Source of the DNA: Epithemia pelagica
Lineage: Eukaryota; Protista; Bacillariophyta
Reading direction: 5' to 3'
Assembly (NCBI GenBank): GCA_946965045.2
Contig: OX337235.1
Location: 2,232,001-2,296,000 of the forward strand
DNA: 64,000 bases
Of this stretch, positions 1 through 12,201 are shown one piece after another; positions within the stretch are counted from its first letter, which is position 1; each line of letters begins with the position of its first letter. Under the pieces are notes generated by a model. That model did no database searches. It worked only from the letters and a program-made list of their open reading frames with translations, and was not told the DNA's origin. The position numbers and the translations under genes are program-made.

Positions 1-377
1 TCCACATGAAAAGTGGTCCCAGGAATATTCTCTGGACCATTTTCCCAGGGTAAAATGCGAATCACACATATAACTGGTTTTGGGATGCGTTCTGATTTCG
101 AATTCCGCAACCATGGCGGATCTGGTTCACTGGGATGGATCCAGTAGGGAAGACCGTCGCCATTCCCCCAATCTGCGCACCTTTTCGCAGACAACGGTAG
201 CGCCAAACGATAGTAACGTACCATTATCATTGTGCCTGCACGAGCCCATTCACAGGTGCAATCGGTCAACCAATGAGCCCCAACAGTTGGGTTATATCTG
301 TCGGTTTGCCTTACCGGCTTGGGCATGACGCCAACGATCGCAGCCATCTGTCCAGGCATTGGACCGTCTACTTCCAT
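1..377 (-). CDS. possible 5' part of a gene running off the window edge (unknown product)
   Basis: ATG at 377 opens a stop-free frame (MEVDGPMPGQMAAIVGVMPKP...) to position 1; no recognisable motif. Confidence 0.2.
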   Translation of the reverse strand, partial: MEVDGPMPGQMAAIVGVMPKPVRQTDRYNPTVGAHWLTDCTCEWARAGTMIMVRYYRLALPLSAKRCADWGNGDGLPYWIHPSEPDPPWLRNSKSERIPKPVICVIRILPWENGPENIPGTTFHV

Positions 378-722
378 GTTGTCGGCCAGTTTGGGTCTGA
401 TAAACTAAGAAAACCCGTCCGTTGGGCATACGGAGCACCGTCATGGGTGCACGGGTACAAATGTCATTCCAAACAAAGAAGTGAACTAAAATATAGGTTA
501 CAGAGTCACTACTCCCTATCTTCTCGATTTTCATACGTACGACATACATACTTTCTTAGCTCAGCTGCACGTGTGCCGCCGTTGGATGAACTTCGTTTTC
601 GGGAGCTTACCTCCATACCCCATACCCGACTTACTTATTTATTTGGCCTGTTGTTGAGACCTTCTGGCAAGACGGCAGTTCGCAGCCTCTGGTTCTGGTA
701 GTCGAAGAGCCTATCGCTATGA

Positions 723-739
723 GTGGGTATTGTAGATTG
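723..739 (+). repeat. probable LINE target-site duplication, left copy (GTGGGTATTGTAGATTG)
   Basis: Recurs at 8836-8857 as GTGGGTATTG-TATTG-TAGATTG (one extra TATTG); the left copy abuts A10 at 740-749. Confidence 0.6.
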
Positions 740-857
740 AAAAAAAAAACTGGAAATCTATTATAACGCTGCCGCACGCACCACGCATGATGACGCCGAC
801 CGACGCGCCGGGCCTAGAAAACTAGGCAAGGACTAAATAGGGTAGCTTGAGAGGAGC

Positions 858-3800
858 TCAAGCTAGTCCAGCATAATGAAGGATGACGGGACGCCATGTG
901 TTGAGCCAGGTATGTAGTTGTGTGGATGTGGTTTCGTAAGGGAAATGTGTTGCTGTGGAATCATAAAAGAAGGTGCGGTCAGCCGGAGGAACAGACGGTT
1001 GTAAAAGATACAACTCGACAATCTCGCGGCGGGCCTGGTTAAGAGCGGCGGCTTCTCGGGTGGGAGCATTATGGCCATGAACATCAAGGTTACGACGTGT
1101 CCACAGGTTGTGTACATGTTGCCATATGATTTTGATAGTACCGCAAATAGAACGGTGACCAGAAAACTTGATAGGATTCAGTTCATGGGTAGAAACGAAA
1201 GCATCTTGGAGACGGATCCAGTCTTTAACAAAACGACCAAAGAATACTTGATCCCAGCCAACGAGTGTTTGGCGGGTAATCAAGACCTGATATTGAGGAG
1301 GTACAGTTGGGAGAACAATTGGGGTATCAGCTAGCCAAAGGCGCATAACTTCACGGAGAATGGTAGCAAGGCATGGATCAAATGAGTTCTCAGTCCAGAA
1401 CGAATTGAGTTCATCAAACATTGGACCGGTCCAATTCCGTCTAGATGGGCAACGAAGAAAGTGGGAGCGGTTTTCTGGAATGGTTGGACAATTAGGGCAC
1501 ATACACGTGTAGTGGGTTGCGTAGTGTTGTTTGAGGGTACCGACTGGCAGCCAGTTGTGAACATACTTGGTGAGAAAGTGGCGGCGGTGGAAGTTGGCGC
1601 GTATAACGGAACCGTGTGTATCCCAGCAAATCAAATCAAAGACTGCTGGTGACCAATGATGTTTTGTTTGCAGGTACTCGGTAATCACCGGATCGCTTGA
1701 GAGACGGCGTAGAGTGCTTCTGTAGTTAGAAGTGATGGTCCCAGAAGGGCCATGTAACGCGGCAACAGTGCCAGTAATAAGTGGGCAGAACCGTGACGAG
1801 AGGGTCGAGGGGTAACAGTAATCGCCAGCTAAGCGGTCGGCTTGTACATTCAACTGGGCTTCGAGAGAGAGTGTCTCATATGGATGATAACGATCTTGAT
1901 GTGCTTTGACATGACTGAGCGGAGGAATCGAAGGAAACTGACGCAACGTGTAAATGATCGACTGGTGCAAGTCCCAGTCAGGATCCATTGTTGAGTAGGG
2001 ATATTCAACTTGCCATTCAAGCCTTTGGCTGACTGTCTCAATCATACTTAAGGAGTCCGTGTAGAAATGAAGGTCACCGGGAAGAGGCTGATGATGAAAA
2101 AGGCACAGATGGTAGATGGAACGGAGCAAAGACAAATAACCATAGCTTTCTGCTCGGAACGAAGATGTCCTGAACCCTGGAGCAGGGCCGGCCAATTCAA
2201 ACAGGCGTTTGTTATCATAAGAGACGCATACGGCACCGAAACTCCCAGTAAAAAGAGCCACAGAACCATCACTGCATAAGACGAGACCATTGTTGAATTG
2301 TTCGAACAGAGTAGTAGGAGAGCAACAGAGAACAAATCCGGAAAGAAGATCTTGTTCCCACTTGGGTAGAGTCGTCACATGGGAAGCAAATGTACTAGGA
2401 ATTTCTGGTGGTACAGGATCCAGACGGTGACTATACTTGTGGAGAATCCTTTGATTGAATGGAGCAGGTGTCGTCGTGACGGGGACAGCGGCTGCTGGGA
2501 CAATGAGAGTGAGTTGGTCCGTCGGTGAGAACCAGCCGTAAAAAGTTTCTTGATAGATACGGTAGTTGGCGCCGTCAAGGATAAACAGTCGTGAGGATTG
2601 TTCACACAAGTAGCAGTTCCATTTCCGAAGTGTTGAATAGCCGGTCTTCAACCATTTGCCCAAAGGCTGATTGAGTTGTCTATCGGTGTTGCCAGTGGTG
2701 AGTGTTGAAAGAAATTTCCGCCACAGGTTCCATGCTTTGGTGCTAGGATAATCTTGGTAGGCTGTTAGTCCTCGTAGAGTAGAATGTTGTAGTTGTAGAC
2801 GGAGGGTTGGTGCTAAGGATAGGGATTCCCCGTTGCAGGTAGTAATATCACTAACCAGGGTGATACCGAGGTACAATCGGCATGCATTGAGCAGTTGAAG
2901 ATCCAATGGTTTGGTCGTAAATTGCAATGCATGATCCATGACAAACGAATCGTTCTCTCTTTGCAGGGGTATGATGAAATCTTGTGCAAGTTCAATTCGG
3001 CAATCCACAGTAGCTAAGAAGGATCGAAGAGAGGGAAGCCACATCATAGGAGCGAGATGAGGAAGTGGAGTCTTTAAATTGTCAAGAATAGAGACACTTG
3101 TACCTGCGAGCCATTGACCCCAGGACACGGTAATATGAGCAAGATCAGACGGCAAGCCTTGTGACCGTAAGCAAGCAAGGAACATGTATACTTGGGAAAT
3201 ACCACGCTCGGTGGTTAAAGATCGGAGACCAATACCTCCATAATCGGGAGAACCGTATACGATAGCATTTGGAGTGCACCTGTTATAACCGCATTTTGGT
3301 AACAGAGCCTTCTTGAATTGTCGTTGGAGGGCTTTACAGTGCTTGTCAGAGAGGGATGATGACGGCATTGGGTAGGTAATGCTTGGTAAGTAGACGGAAT
3401 GATAATACGCCCAGGCGTCTGTTCGATTAAACGGGCTTCGTGCCATGACACTGGTATGGTGACTGTTTTTCTTGGCTAGAGCATGGAAGAGACTTCGGTC
3501 GGTTGAAGCAGGTGATTTCATTACACCAAGTGTTTTATGGCTTTGATAAGCAGAGAGCTGCTTTAACGGATACGGTGAATTGTTGTTGTTAAACTGTATG
3601 CTGATGCGAGGTCCGATCTGGCCATTGCAAAGGTACGGTAGCCCATCAATTGTAAAGTTGAAGTAGAGGAAGTGATACGAGCATTTGGTATCTTCCAAAG
3701 CTCCGCCCGAAACTTGTAACACATCATTCCACCTTTGAGCGTCCTTGCTAGCCTTGGCGATGTAGTGTTCTGGTGATTGACGCTTTGGCAAGTTGAAGTC

Positions 3801-6800
3801 GTTGGTACTCCCGCTGGTGTCATCCACGAATACTATCATAAAGACTTGGGCCTCAATCTCTCCTTGTGGGGAACGAAATGTCGCTCCATGAGCCTTTTCA
3901 TCGTAAGCATGGAAAAGTACCGAACTGATTACACACCATATTCCTGGAGAGTTTCTTGCTCCCTGTCCGGAGCCGTAGATTGGGAAAATTTTGCAGTGTT
4001 TGTAAAACTTCTCTGATACACCAAGTTGCGTCTTGAGGTAGTATTTTGCATCTTCTAGTGTTGCAGCATTGATAAATACTACTGATCGGTGCTGGCCATA
4101 GGATCGAGATGCTAGGCTGCCAAACGACATCACGATTCTGTCGTAGCACGCCGTTGCATCGTAGTCGAGGTGGACTAGCGGCCGTTTGCTCGCGCGGCTA
4201 ATCTCATATTGGAACTCTTCCAACATGGTTGGAAGGATGGCGTCTTTTCCTGGAACTCCACCGAACTGTTGTGGATGTAAAAGTTGATTGTTAGAACCGT
4301 TGCGTATCATCTGTCTCCATTTCACTGCTAAGATCAAGTTATAATCCTGTTCATACAGGTGTATAACTCTTAGACGGTGAATCCGATGATTGTTTGGTTC
4401 CTTCAATATCATCACGTTGACGATATCTTTCCATCGTGATAGGCTGTAGCGATGGCTGATAGCTAGATTGAGCATTGCCACTTGCCATTCGATGAGTTGT
4501 TGTTGTTGATGTTCCAATTGGATTGTTGTTTCTTTGTCATCTTCGATGGCGATGGGAGTGACTAGTGCCTTGCTATGTGAAAGATGGAATCCTGAAGGAG
4601 AAGTGGAAGTCTTTTCCGGCCATGATCGAATTTTCTCTTTCCACTCTTCTATTGTGATCGTGTCCTTGATTTCATCAAGGTTTGTGCGAGCTTGCATATG
4701 ATGCACCACGTCCTGAGTTACCGAGTCCAATTCGTTTGTATTCCACTGTCCCTCGAGAATGAGATCTGCTACATGAGTAGATGCGCCCCAATCTACCCAT
4801 TCTGAGAATGGCGGCCGGGTTGGGAACAAACCATCAGCTTGGCCGAAATGGGTTTGGTTGCGTTGTAGGAGACGACTCTCTATCTCTTCTGGTGTGTCAA
4901 TGCTAATCCAATCCACGCAAGACTTGTAGTTGACATCGTCAGGATCAGCCGGTACGTCCAGTCTCGTGATACCTGCTTTCTCAGCTCCTCGACATTGACA
5001 AATCTTTCTGTACATACTCTTGGTTCTTTCGGCTGCCATAAGGTTCTTGATAAGTTTAGCCTTTTTCTTGTTGCCTTTTGCTTCTGCGTCCTTAAGTTGT
5101 ATAAGTTGTTCATTCTGACGATGGAAGACGGCGTCTTTAGTTGATTGGCGGATCTGTTGTTGGATTTGTTTGCATAGTGTTTTACATTCGGCCAGAGTCG
5201 TTGGTATTTCGAAGTCTTCATCTTGTTCTCTGTATCTTGCGATCGCTTCTTCGAATGATCGTTTTAGTCGGATAGATGATATTGTCTTGAGTAACACGTT
5301 CTTTCGACGGCGTAGAGTTGCCAATTCCGACGAGAATGCTATGTTTCTAGGCTTTCTTGTACATTGTTTCGCTCCAAATATCCCGGCGCGTTGAAAGTCC
5401 CCATCAAGTTGTTCCTGCACCTGTGGTGTCCATAGAGTTTTAGCTCTCTCCAATCGTGTCCCGAAGTTATGTTCGCTAAGATAGCGGTGTTTTGCAGTGA
5501 TATACTGTCGAACAGCGACAGGGTCCTTTGCAGTGAATTCTCTGCAGGGCAATGGCGCTAAGGACTGGGTTTTGTTTCCAAAAAGAGCCAGGGTGTCCAA
5601 ATTGAGTATCATACCTCTGTGATCTCCGCTTCCTCGAAATTTAAAAGGTTCGTAGCAAGCTTGCCGAACAGCGTCTGCTACTCCTTCACTTGCCAGAATA
5701 AAGTCGATTCTCTCCTGTCCCATCACGTGTGTACCGAAGTCTGAGTATCCTATTTGTTGTTGCATCACATCCACCAGATTGCATTGCGATCCAAGTGCTG
5801 ACATTCCTTCGCCTGAGTCTGACATTGGCTCGTTGAAGTCTCCTAACAACAAAATTTCACATTGTTGGTCTTGGTATCGTAGGATAAATTCTTTCAGGTC
5901 CATTATGAATGCTTCTCGTGGGGATTCCTGTCGTCCTTGAACTAATAGCATGCTAGATTGCTGGGCTGATGCTGTATATGATCGGACTGTCGTGTTTCCG
6001 TCATTGTCGGTGTAAGTAATCGTCTGTTTACAGACTTGGTACGCTGCTACGACCAACAGCTTCTTGTTGTTCTTACAACTCATCAGTTGAAATGACCAGC
6101 GACCGAGTGAGTCGCTGCCTTGATCCATAATTCTGGCTGTAATACTGCCTTGTGAGCCCATGAGTGTTCCCCCTGGTTTGTAGTACCGTTTTCGTGCTGG
6201 TATGTTGCTGCTCCCGAACGTTGTTTTTGAGAATTCAAAGTGCTTTCTTGTGGTATTGTGGATGATATTCTTGACAGCGGATTTTGTCGAATCAATGTTG
6301 GTTTCCGCTAATCCCCAAGTGACGGCTTGTAGTTTTTGCATTTCTTCGCCGCATTTTCGCTGAGGGTGAATCCATTTATGTTGGCAAAGTAGATTCTGAA
6401 ACGATCTTCCTCTTTCTCATTTTCTTTAATTTCGTCCCCGATGAAAGGATTTGTTGCTAAATTTTCAGCCGCCGTTGTATTGTCCTCTGGAATGGTTGAG
6501 TTGATGCTGTTTTGTGAGCCACTATCTTGTGTCTGGCGTGTGTTATGATTGGTCGCGTGAGTGTCATCGTTTGTTTGTGTAGAGTCAGTTGCTTGTATGG
6601 AGTTGGTTGCTTGTCTAGTGTCTGTGGCTTGTCTGGTGTCAGTTGTTCTTCTAGGATTGATTGCTTGTCTGGTATCGGTTGCTTGTCTGGCATCAGTTGC
6701 TTGTCTGGAATCGGTTCCTGTGTTGGCATTTGTTGGACAATTTGTTGGTTGTGGTTCGTTGAGTAAATGTATTGTTGTTGATTTTTCTAAGCTATTCAGT

Positions 6801-6886
6801 ACTTGCAGATAGTTGTTGTTTGTTGCTAAGTAAGTGTTGTTTCCTCTACGACCGCTCATCGGTGACACTGTCGTAACCACTAACAT
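858..6886 (-). pseudogene. LINE ORF2 (APE endonuclease - reverse transcriptase - RNase H - CCHC-like motif), one frameshift near 6345
   Basis: APE motif I RIYFANINGF lies in ORF 6308-6886 and continues in another frame as MQKLQAVTWGLAETN in ORF 858-6341. Other motifs: LLLGDFNE, IDFILAS, GDHRG; RT DATACYDR, YGSGQG, FVDD; RNase H SDGS, RAESYG, YTDS, HVKAHQD, NVQADRLA; CPNC-x7-HFLRC. Confidence 0.92.
6575..6716 (-). repeat. 18-bp coding minisatellite (ATD[T/A]RQ-like x~7) in the N-terminal extension of ORF2
   Basis: Translation ATDARQ ATDTRQ AINPRR TTDTRQ ATDTRQ ATNSIQ ATDSTQ; recurring ttgcttgtct core. Confidence 0.8.
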
Positions 6887-8711
6887 CCAAGTTAGACGGA
6901 TGTAGCGTCATACTCACGTCCACTGGACCGTGAGAGGCATTTGTCTGTTCCGTGGCCTGAGATCCTTCTGTTGAGGCGGCAGACGGTGTTGTTGGTTGTT
7001 GTCCATAGGACTGTAGGAGACGTTGCTCGAGTGCTTGAAAACAAGCTTCAGCTGCTGCGTTTAGCGCTGAGATGATTCGGTCAATATCTGACGCTGGAAC
7101 TTGTCCTTGCGGTAGAGGAGGGGATTGAACGTGGCCTTGTGGAGTGTATTGCACATGTTCTTGATTGGAAGGAGTATTATATGTGTTGGTTGGCGGTTGT
7201 CCTTGAGTGGCAGAATTTTCGGCTTGTTGCTGTTCGCTTGTCTCCTGTCCTTTTGCACGACGCAATTGTTCTCGTAGGTCTGCATTCTCTTTTTCTAAAC
7301 GAGCGTTTTCCGCCATCACTCGCTTGTCGCGTTCGTCATTTGTGGTCAGTTGACTCGGCGTTACAGAGGATCTTCTGGTTTCCACGACTCTCGGAATGTT
7401 GAGGACAGTCTTTACGTTGGTAGGGCTAATCCAGGCTTGAGTGACTGCTGATGATCCGGATGGCGGCTTTCCTCGAGCATCATTTGCTTCATCATCATCG
7501 TCTAGCATGTTTTCTTTTGCATACATTGAGGCGCATGAGGATAAGTACGTTTCGTAGGAGACTTCGTTGGTGTCGTCATTGTCTACGATTCGGCGTTTGT
7601 GCTTAAACGCAACTCTAGCGGGTTGCGGCAGGTTTCCTGGACTCCTGTTCTCGTTTTGAATAATTTCTTGGACCCAATTGGCAATCGATTCATCCAATTT
7701 GTCCGCGACAAAATCAAAGTTAGCTTCTGTTGTATGAACATTCCAACGTCCCTTTTCCTCCAGTTTCTTGTGTCTTGAAATTTCGGTAACTCCTTCGATT
7801 TGGAAGATGTTCGCTTCGAGGTAGAACATAATGTCTTCGTTAACTCCTTCGATAGGCACCACTTTGTGTTCTGAGAGAAAATCGTTTTGGGCATAAATCG
7901 ATTCCAAGTAATACGTTTGGCTCTTGTCGCTCTCATGTTTAAAACGGTGGAACATGAACTGAGGATCCTTCTTGAACGTTTCGTTTAGGAGGCGTAGCAT
8001 CTCCTTTGCGTCTTCTTGTCGGCATTGGAGGCCGTATGCCTTTGTCGAGCGATAGCGTTTCCGGAGAGTATATGTAAACGGTGACGAAAAATGGATACGA
8101 AATTTTGGAACCTTCTTTTCCGGGCACTTAGTTTGTTTGTAGATTTCTTTGAAAAGCCTTTCGGTTACTTTGCTCTCCATTGTGTTGGCAGGATCGATTC
8201 CGACGAAAAACCCGATGTTCGAGATACGCGTCTCATCTTCTTTCCAGTGATGCACTAGCATTTTTCCTTTGTGTTCTTTCAACCGTTGCTCTACTGAATG
8301 ATGGCGTCGGATCTGGCTGATCGGAACCCTTGAATGGATACGATGAAAGATTAGATACAGGGGGTCTCGCTGCTTCTTGTCATTGCCTTTCATAAAGTGC
8401 AATTTGTAGTTTCTTGCGTAATCGTTGTAATTCTTCAGGGTTTTGAGATCTTTTACTTTCCTCCCATGATTGTTAAAAATCGTGACCTCTGGGCAAACTT
8501 GCCGAATGACTTGTAGGACTGAGAAGTGGGTTGATGCGACCTTGGTGTTTTCATTTTTATCAGGGCGAAAGAGAAACTTAACTACGTATTCTTTTTCTTC
8601 GCCTTCGTAATGGACTTTCTTGTTATCGACGTCTGTTGTATTATTACTTGCTTCGTCCATCTCTTGGTCCTTGGAGGAAGGATTTCGGGCCTCTACGCCG
8701 TCGTCGGCCAT
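6846..8711 (-). CDS. LINE ORF1 (621 aa, putative nucleic-acid chaperone with coiled coil and Q/P-rich tail)
   Basis: Long intact ORF directly upstream of ORF2 on the same strand, overlapping the ORF2 frame by 41 nt. Confidence 0.8.
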   Translation of the reverse strand: MADDGVEARNPSSKDQEMDEASNNTTDVDNKKVHYEGEEKEYVVKFLFRPDKNENTKVASTHFSVLQVIRQVCPEVTIFNNHGRKVKDLKTLKNYNDYARNYKLHFMKGNDKKQRDPLYLIFHRIHSRVPISQIRRHHSVEQRLKEHKGKMLVHHWKEDETRISNIGFFVGIDPANTMESKVTERLFKEIYKQTKCPEKKVPKFRIHFSSPFTYTLRKRYRSTKAYGLQCRQEDAKEMLRLLNETFKKDPQFMFHRFKHESDKSQTYYLESIYAQNDFLSEHKVVPIEGVNEDIMFYLEANIFQIEGVTEISRHKKLEEKGRWNVHTTEANFDFVADKLDESIANWVQEIIQNENRSPGNLPQPARVAFKHKRRIVDNDDTNEVSYETYLSSCASMYAKENMLDDDDEANDARGKPPSGSSAVTQAWISPTNVKTVLNIPRVVETRRSSVTPSQLTTNDERDKRVMAENARLEKENADLREQLRRAKGQETSEQQQAENSATQGQPPTNTYNTPSNQEHVQYTPQGHVQSPPLPQGQVPASDIDRIISALNAAAEACFQALEQRLLQSYGQQPTTPSAASTEGSQATEQTNASHGPVDVSMTLHPSNLDVSGYDSVTDERS

Positions 8712-9208
8712 GGCGGTCGTAGAGGTGCGCCAGCGGCTACGTAGCGCTCAGTACTGAGTCTACTAAGATTTCAAAATACCAATGACGACTCACTGAGTAA
8801 CGAGGGCTTTCACTTTTGCCTGAACTCAGAATTATGTGGGTATTGTATTGTAGATTGTAGCACAACAGGCCATTTTCGCGGTCGCACGGGCGGCAAGAAC
8901 CAACAAAGTCCTCTGCCACATATTACGAGTGTCAAAAACTACCTAACTCTTAGTCTACTCCTATGTCAAAAATAACTTAGTCTACCGACAGTCGGTTGAC
9001 TACTGGGATCTGGGATAAACCTTACCTGAGACTGAGACTACGTGGTTCTCGAAGAATTTCCAGTGCTATCGTGTCGGTATCAAGGATCAAGGGGCATCGA
9101 GGAGGACTTTCATGGTGGTGATTCATCCAGGTGGTTTACATTTCATATGGGCTACATTTCTATGGTACAGGAAAGCACACACTTCAGAGGATGTTTGTGG
9201 GTCATCTT

Positions 9209-11284
9209 CTATTTCGACTTCAAAATCGTTTGTTTCAATTGCTCCGATTCCACCAATGATGTTTGATTGTGTGGTTCCTTCCTCAGGAGAACCAGCTGAA
9301 TTTGTTTCTGAGCATTTGAAGCCGTGCGCGTTTCTAAGGATTCGTCGTCGCCTTCGTCGAGCTCTTCTTCTTGTTCTGCCGTTTCATCATCCTCTTCCTG
9401 TTCCTTTTCTTCTGTTAGGATTAAGGGTTTTGAAGGATCAAAGTCCCGATAGTAGACGTAGTAGGGGCAATCATCTTCGTCCCAGTCCTCCTCGTCCTCG
9501 CAGTCCTCATCATCTATGTATGCAGACATGGGATAGCTCAAATACTGCGGGAAAGGAGAAAAGTGAGCACGTAATCCTATATTTACATCTTCAGGTTTTG
9601 CGGGACAACTTACGTCGTATCCAAACTCTGTTTGGTGATGTTGACAAACTTCACACTGCGACTGACAATACCTGTTGACAAAGTTGGATTCTGAAACACA
9701 ATCGAAACAGAAATCTTTGGTCGGGGTACTTTTGTATGACATATGCCCGATAGGCATTATATCGGTGCAGAGTCTGCTTTTCAGAAGTGAAGTCCACGAG
9801 AGGACGGCGGCACTTTCATCCCTCGCTGGAGTCTCCCCATTCCACGGCTCGCGCCAATGGGCTTTCAGTTCAACTCCAACCACGGTGCCTTTTTCACCGT
9901 AGCTCCTCGCGTTTGCTCGTGCCACAAGTTGATCCGCCAAGGAAAGCCATGCGTGGCGCTCGATACGGTTGTCCAAGTTCGACCAATAAACAAGCTGGCG
10001 ACCGTACCGTTTTCTTTGCAAGCCAGTCATTTCATGGAATCTGGGACTTTCCCAAACCTCGGAATGCAATCGAGGCTCACCAACACGCCCATCGTCGACA
10101 TAAAGGTCTGCTGAAAATGATACAGAATGACCCCGTAGTTGACGGTGTCCTCCATATAGATTCCAGATTTCTTGCCACAAAGCAAAAATACATAGAGTCG
10201 GTTCGATGGTTTCGTAGAGCGATTCTTGTAAAGTCGATAGCATCGAAGCTTTCCCCAAGATCAGGCGCTCGAATGACGGTATCGGCAAGGCGTCAGCGGA
10301 AAGGAAGATCAACAGGATTACCAAGAAAATGTTCGTTAAAACGAGGAGCTCCGGACTCTGGTGTTGCGTAGCCGAAGGCTTATCTTTTTGTCTGTCATTA
10401 AAGCAAGTAGCGCACCAGCCAAGAATTGCCAACCAAGGAAGACAATGAAAGCTCATGGTCAAATCCACAGCAAAGTTAAAAACGATCATGCATATAGCAG
10501 TCGGTATCCGAAGGGCAGGTATCCACAATGTGATCCAACAAGAAATCTCAATCCCCATGGTCAGCCACGTGACAAGCTTCGGACCCAGGGTACTGTTGCA
10601 AAAAGTTTCCGGAATTTGAATCCACCCTCCGTTGATGTAGTTGTTCTCCTTTATTTGAAACAATGCATCTCCAGAACGCCAGTTCTCGTTTTCCAGTTTA
10701 TTCAAAGATAATCCCATGTACATTACTGCCAGCTGAATCTGGAACAAGCGAAACGGCCAAAGTGGCCAACTTTCCTGCTTTCTCTTTCCTTGAAGGCTTT
10801 TGGTTCCCTCAGGAACAATGTCAAAAATCGTGATTCGATGCAACGGCAGAAACAGCAGAAAGAAGCACCAGATGCGAAAAAGTGCATCTTGCCTGTTCCA
10901 GAACAAGAAGTTGTGGTTCTGTAAGGAAACGATGTTCACAAACAGGCATGCTGCTTGGAACCGTGGCAGAATTCCCAAAACGAGCATAACACCTTGAGCA
11001 ATTCCAATCCAAAACAATGTCCAAAGAAACTGGTCGCTTTCTGGGTACAACTCAAGAAGAGACCACATGGTTTCATCCAAGTTGGGATTATCTCTCCCGA
11101 CTTCCAGCGGCAAAAAGCCATGGGAAGGCGAGAAGAAATCGTCAAAGTCCAACCCCAAGACAAGCCGATCTACCAGAAAAATGATACCGAATCCAATTCG
11201 CAAATATCCTCCCAAGCGACATACGTCGTCCCCCACACGACCGTGGAAAAACGTATTCCAAAAGTTGAATAGCTCCATCATCAT
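9209..11284 (-). CDS. HTTM-domain (VKGC-like) membrane protein with ShKT-like Cys module and acidic tail
   Basis: Multiple TM segments; YLRIGFG, WPFRLFQIQLAVMY..SLNKL..ENWRSGDAL; C-terminal CTD...C..C...YCQSQCEVC. Confidence 0.7.
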   Translation of the reverse strand: MMMELFNFWNTFFHGRVGDDVCRLGGYLRIGFGIIFLVDRLVLGLDFDDFFSPSHGFLPLEVGRDNPNLDETMWSLLELYPESDQFLWTLFWIGIAQGVMLVLGILPRFQAACLFVNIVSLQNHNFLFWNRQDALFRIWCFFLLFLPLHRITIFDIVPEGTKSLQGKRKQESWPLWPFRLFQIQLAVMYMGLSLNKLENENWRSGDALFQIKENNYINGGWIQIPETFCNSTLGPKLVTWLTMGIEISCWITLWIPALRIPTAICMIVFNFAVDLTMSFHCLPWLAILGWCATCFNDRQKDKPSATQHQSPELLVLTNIFLVILLIFLSADALPIPSFERLILGKASMLSTLQESLYETIEPTLCIFALWQEIWNLYGGHRQLRGHSVSFSADLYVDDGRVGEPRLHSEVWESPRFHEMTGLQRKRYGRQLVYWSNLDNRIERHAWLSLADQLVARANARSYGEKGTVVGVELKAHWREPWNGETPARDESAAVLSWTSLLKSRLCTDIMPIGHMSYKSTPTKDFCFDCVSESNFVNRYCQSQCEVCQHHQTEFGYDVSCPAKPEDVNIGLRAHFSPFPQYLSYPMSAYIDDEDCEDEEDWDEDDCPYYVYYRDFDPSKPLILTEEKEQEEDDETAEQEEELDEGDDESLETRTASNAQKQIQLVLLRKEPHNQTSLVESEQLKQTILKSK

Positions 11285-11698
11285 TCTAATTCACCAGTGG
11301 TGCCTTGTCCGTTCTTCCTCTCTGCTTTCATGGACTGAACCTGATTTTATGTCGTTGGAGGAAGTAGACTGGTCTCAACAAGCGAAGGAAGAATGAAAGA
11401 GTGAGAATGCTCAAAGTTGAAACCCCATCTCGCCAAAATTCTGTGTACCGAATAGATAGTAAAGCGTTTAAAATCATGTTCACCATAACGGTAGTTCCCC
11501 GTGGATCTATTTAATTGTAACCCGCAAAACTTGTTGGGGATGGGGGAATGGGGGAATTTTTTTGCTTTGCTTTTGCTCATGTTTGAAGTGGTCGCATTTA
11601 TATCTCAACCACGCTACCCGATGAACACATCTCATGAATAATCTTAGGAGTACCTCTAGGCTCTACCTAGGCCTTCAATGGACATCTATGGAAAATGG

Positions 11699-11768
11699 AA
11701 ATGGAATGGGGTGACATACTCCTCTACTCCTTAAAAATGGAATGGGGTGACATACTCCTCTACTCCTT
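11699..11768. repeat. 34-bp direct repeat x2 (aaatggaatggggtgacatactcctctactcctt), period 36
   Basis: Two identical copies, 11699-11732 and 11735-11768. Confidence 0.85.
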
Positions 11769-12201
11769 GACTAGTCAAGGCACAGCGAAGTCTATAATGC
11801 ACTAAATTGAACATAAAGTTTCACAACCCTAAGTATTCCCCAGAAAGAAGTTCGATTGACAATGTCGCCATCAAAATCAGGGATGCGACTCGCATAGCGG
11901 AGGACAAACCCGACAAGAGACAAACTTTATCTCAGCTGAAGCAGTTTCTTCCAACGCAACACGTGACCCGGTTCACCACATTACTGTTAATTTCTTAGGG
12001 GAACGGAAGGAATTTGCGTTCGAAGTAGACCACAATGATCTCCTTTCTTTGAAACAAAATCCTTTTGGACAAAGGCCGTTATGTCGTTCTTTCTGTTGTC
12101 CGGAATTCATTGCTCCAACCCAATTGAACGTACACTGTCCTACGTATTTCTATACATGGCTTGGCTGTTTCTTTTAAGATGATTACCGCGGATACCTCAG
12201 C

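Larger units (their letters stand above)
740..8835 (-). mobile_element. non-LTR retrotransposon (LINE), Ambal-like diatom clade, near full length
   Basis: ORF1 plus ORF2 with APE, RT, RNase H and a C-terminal Cys/His motif; bounded by a near-identical 17-bp direct repeat (723-739; 8836-8857). Boundaries are inferred from that repeat. Confidence 0.9.
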
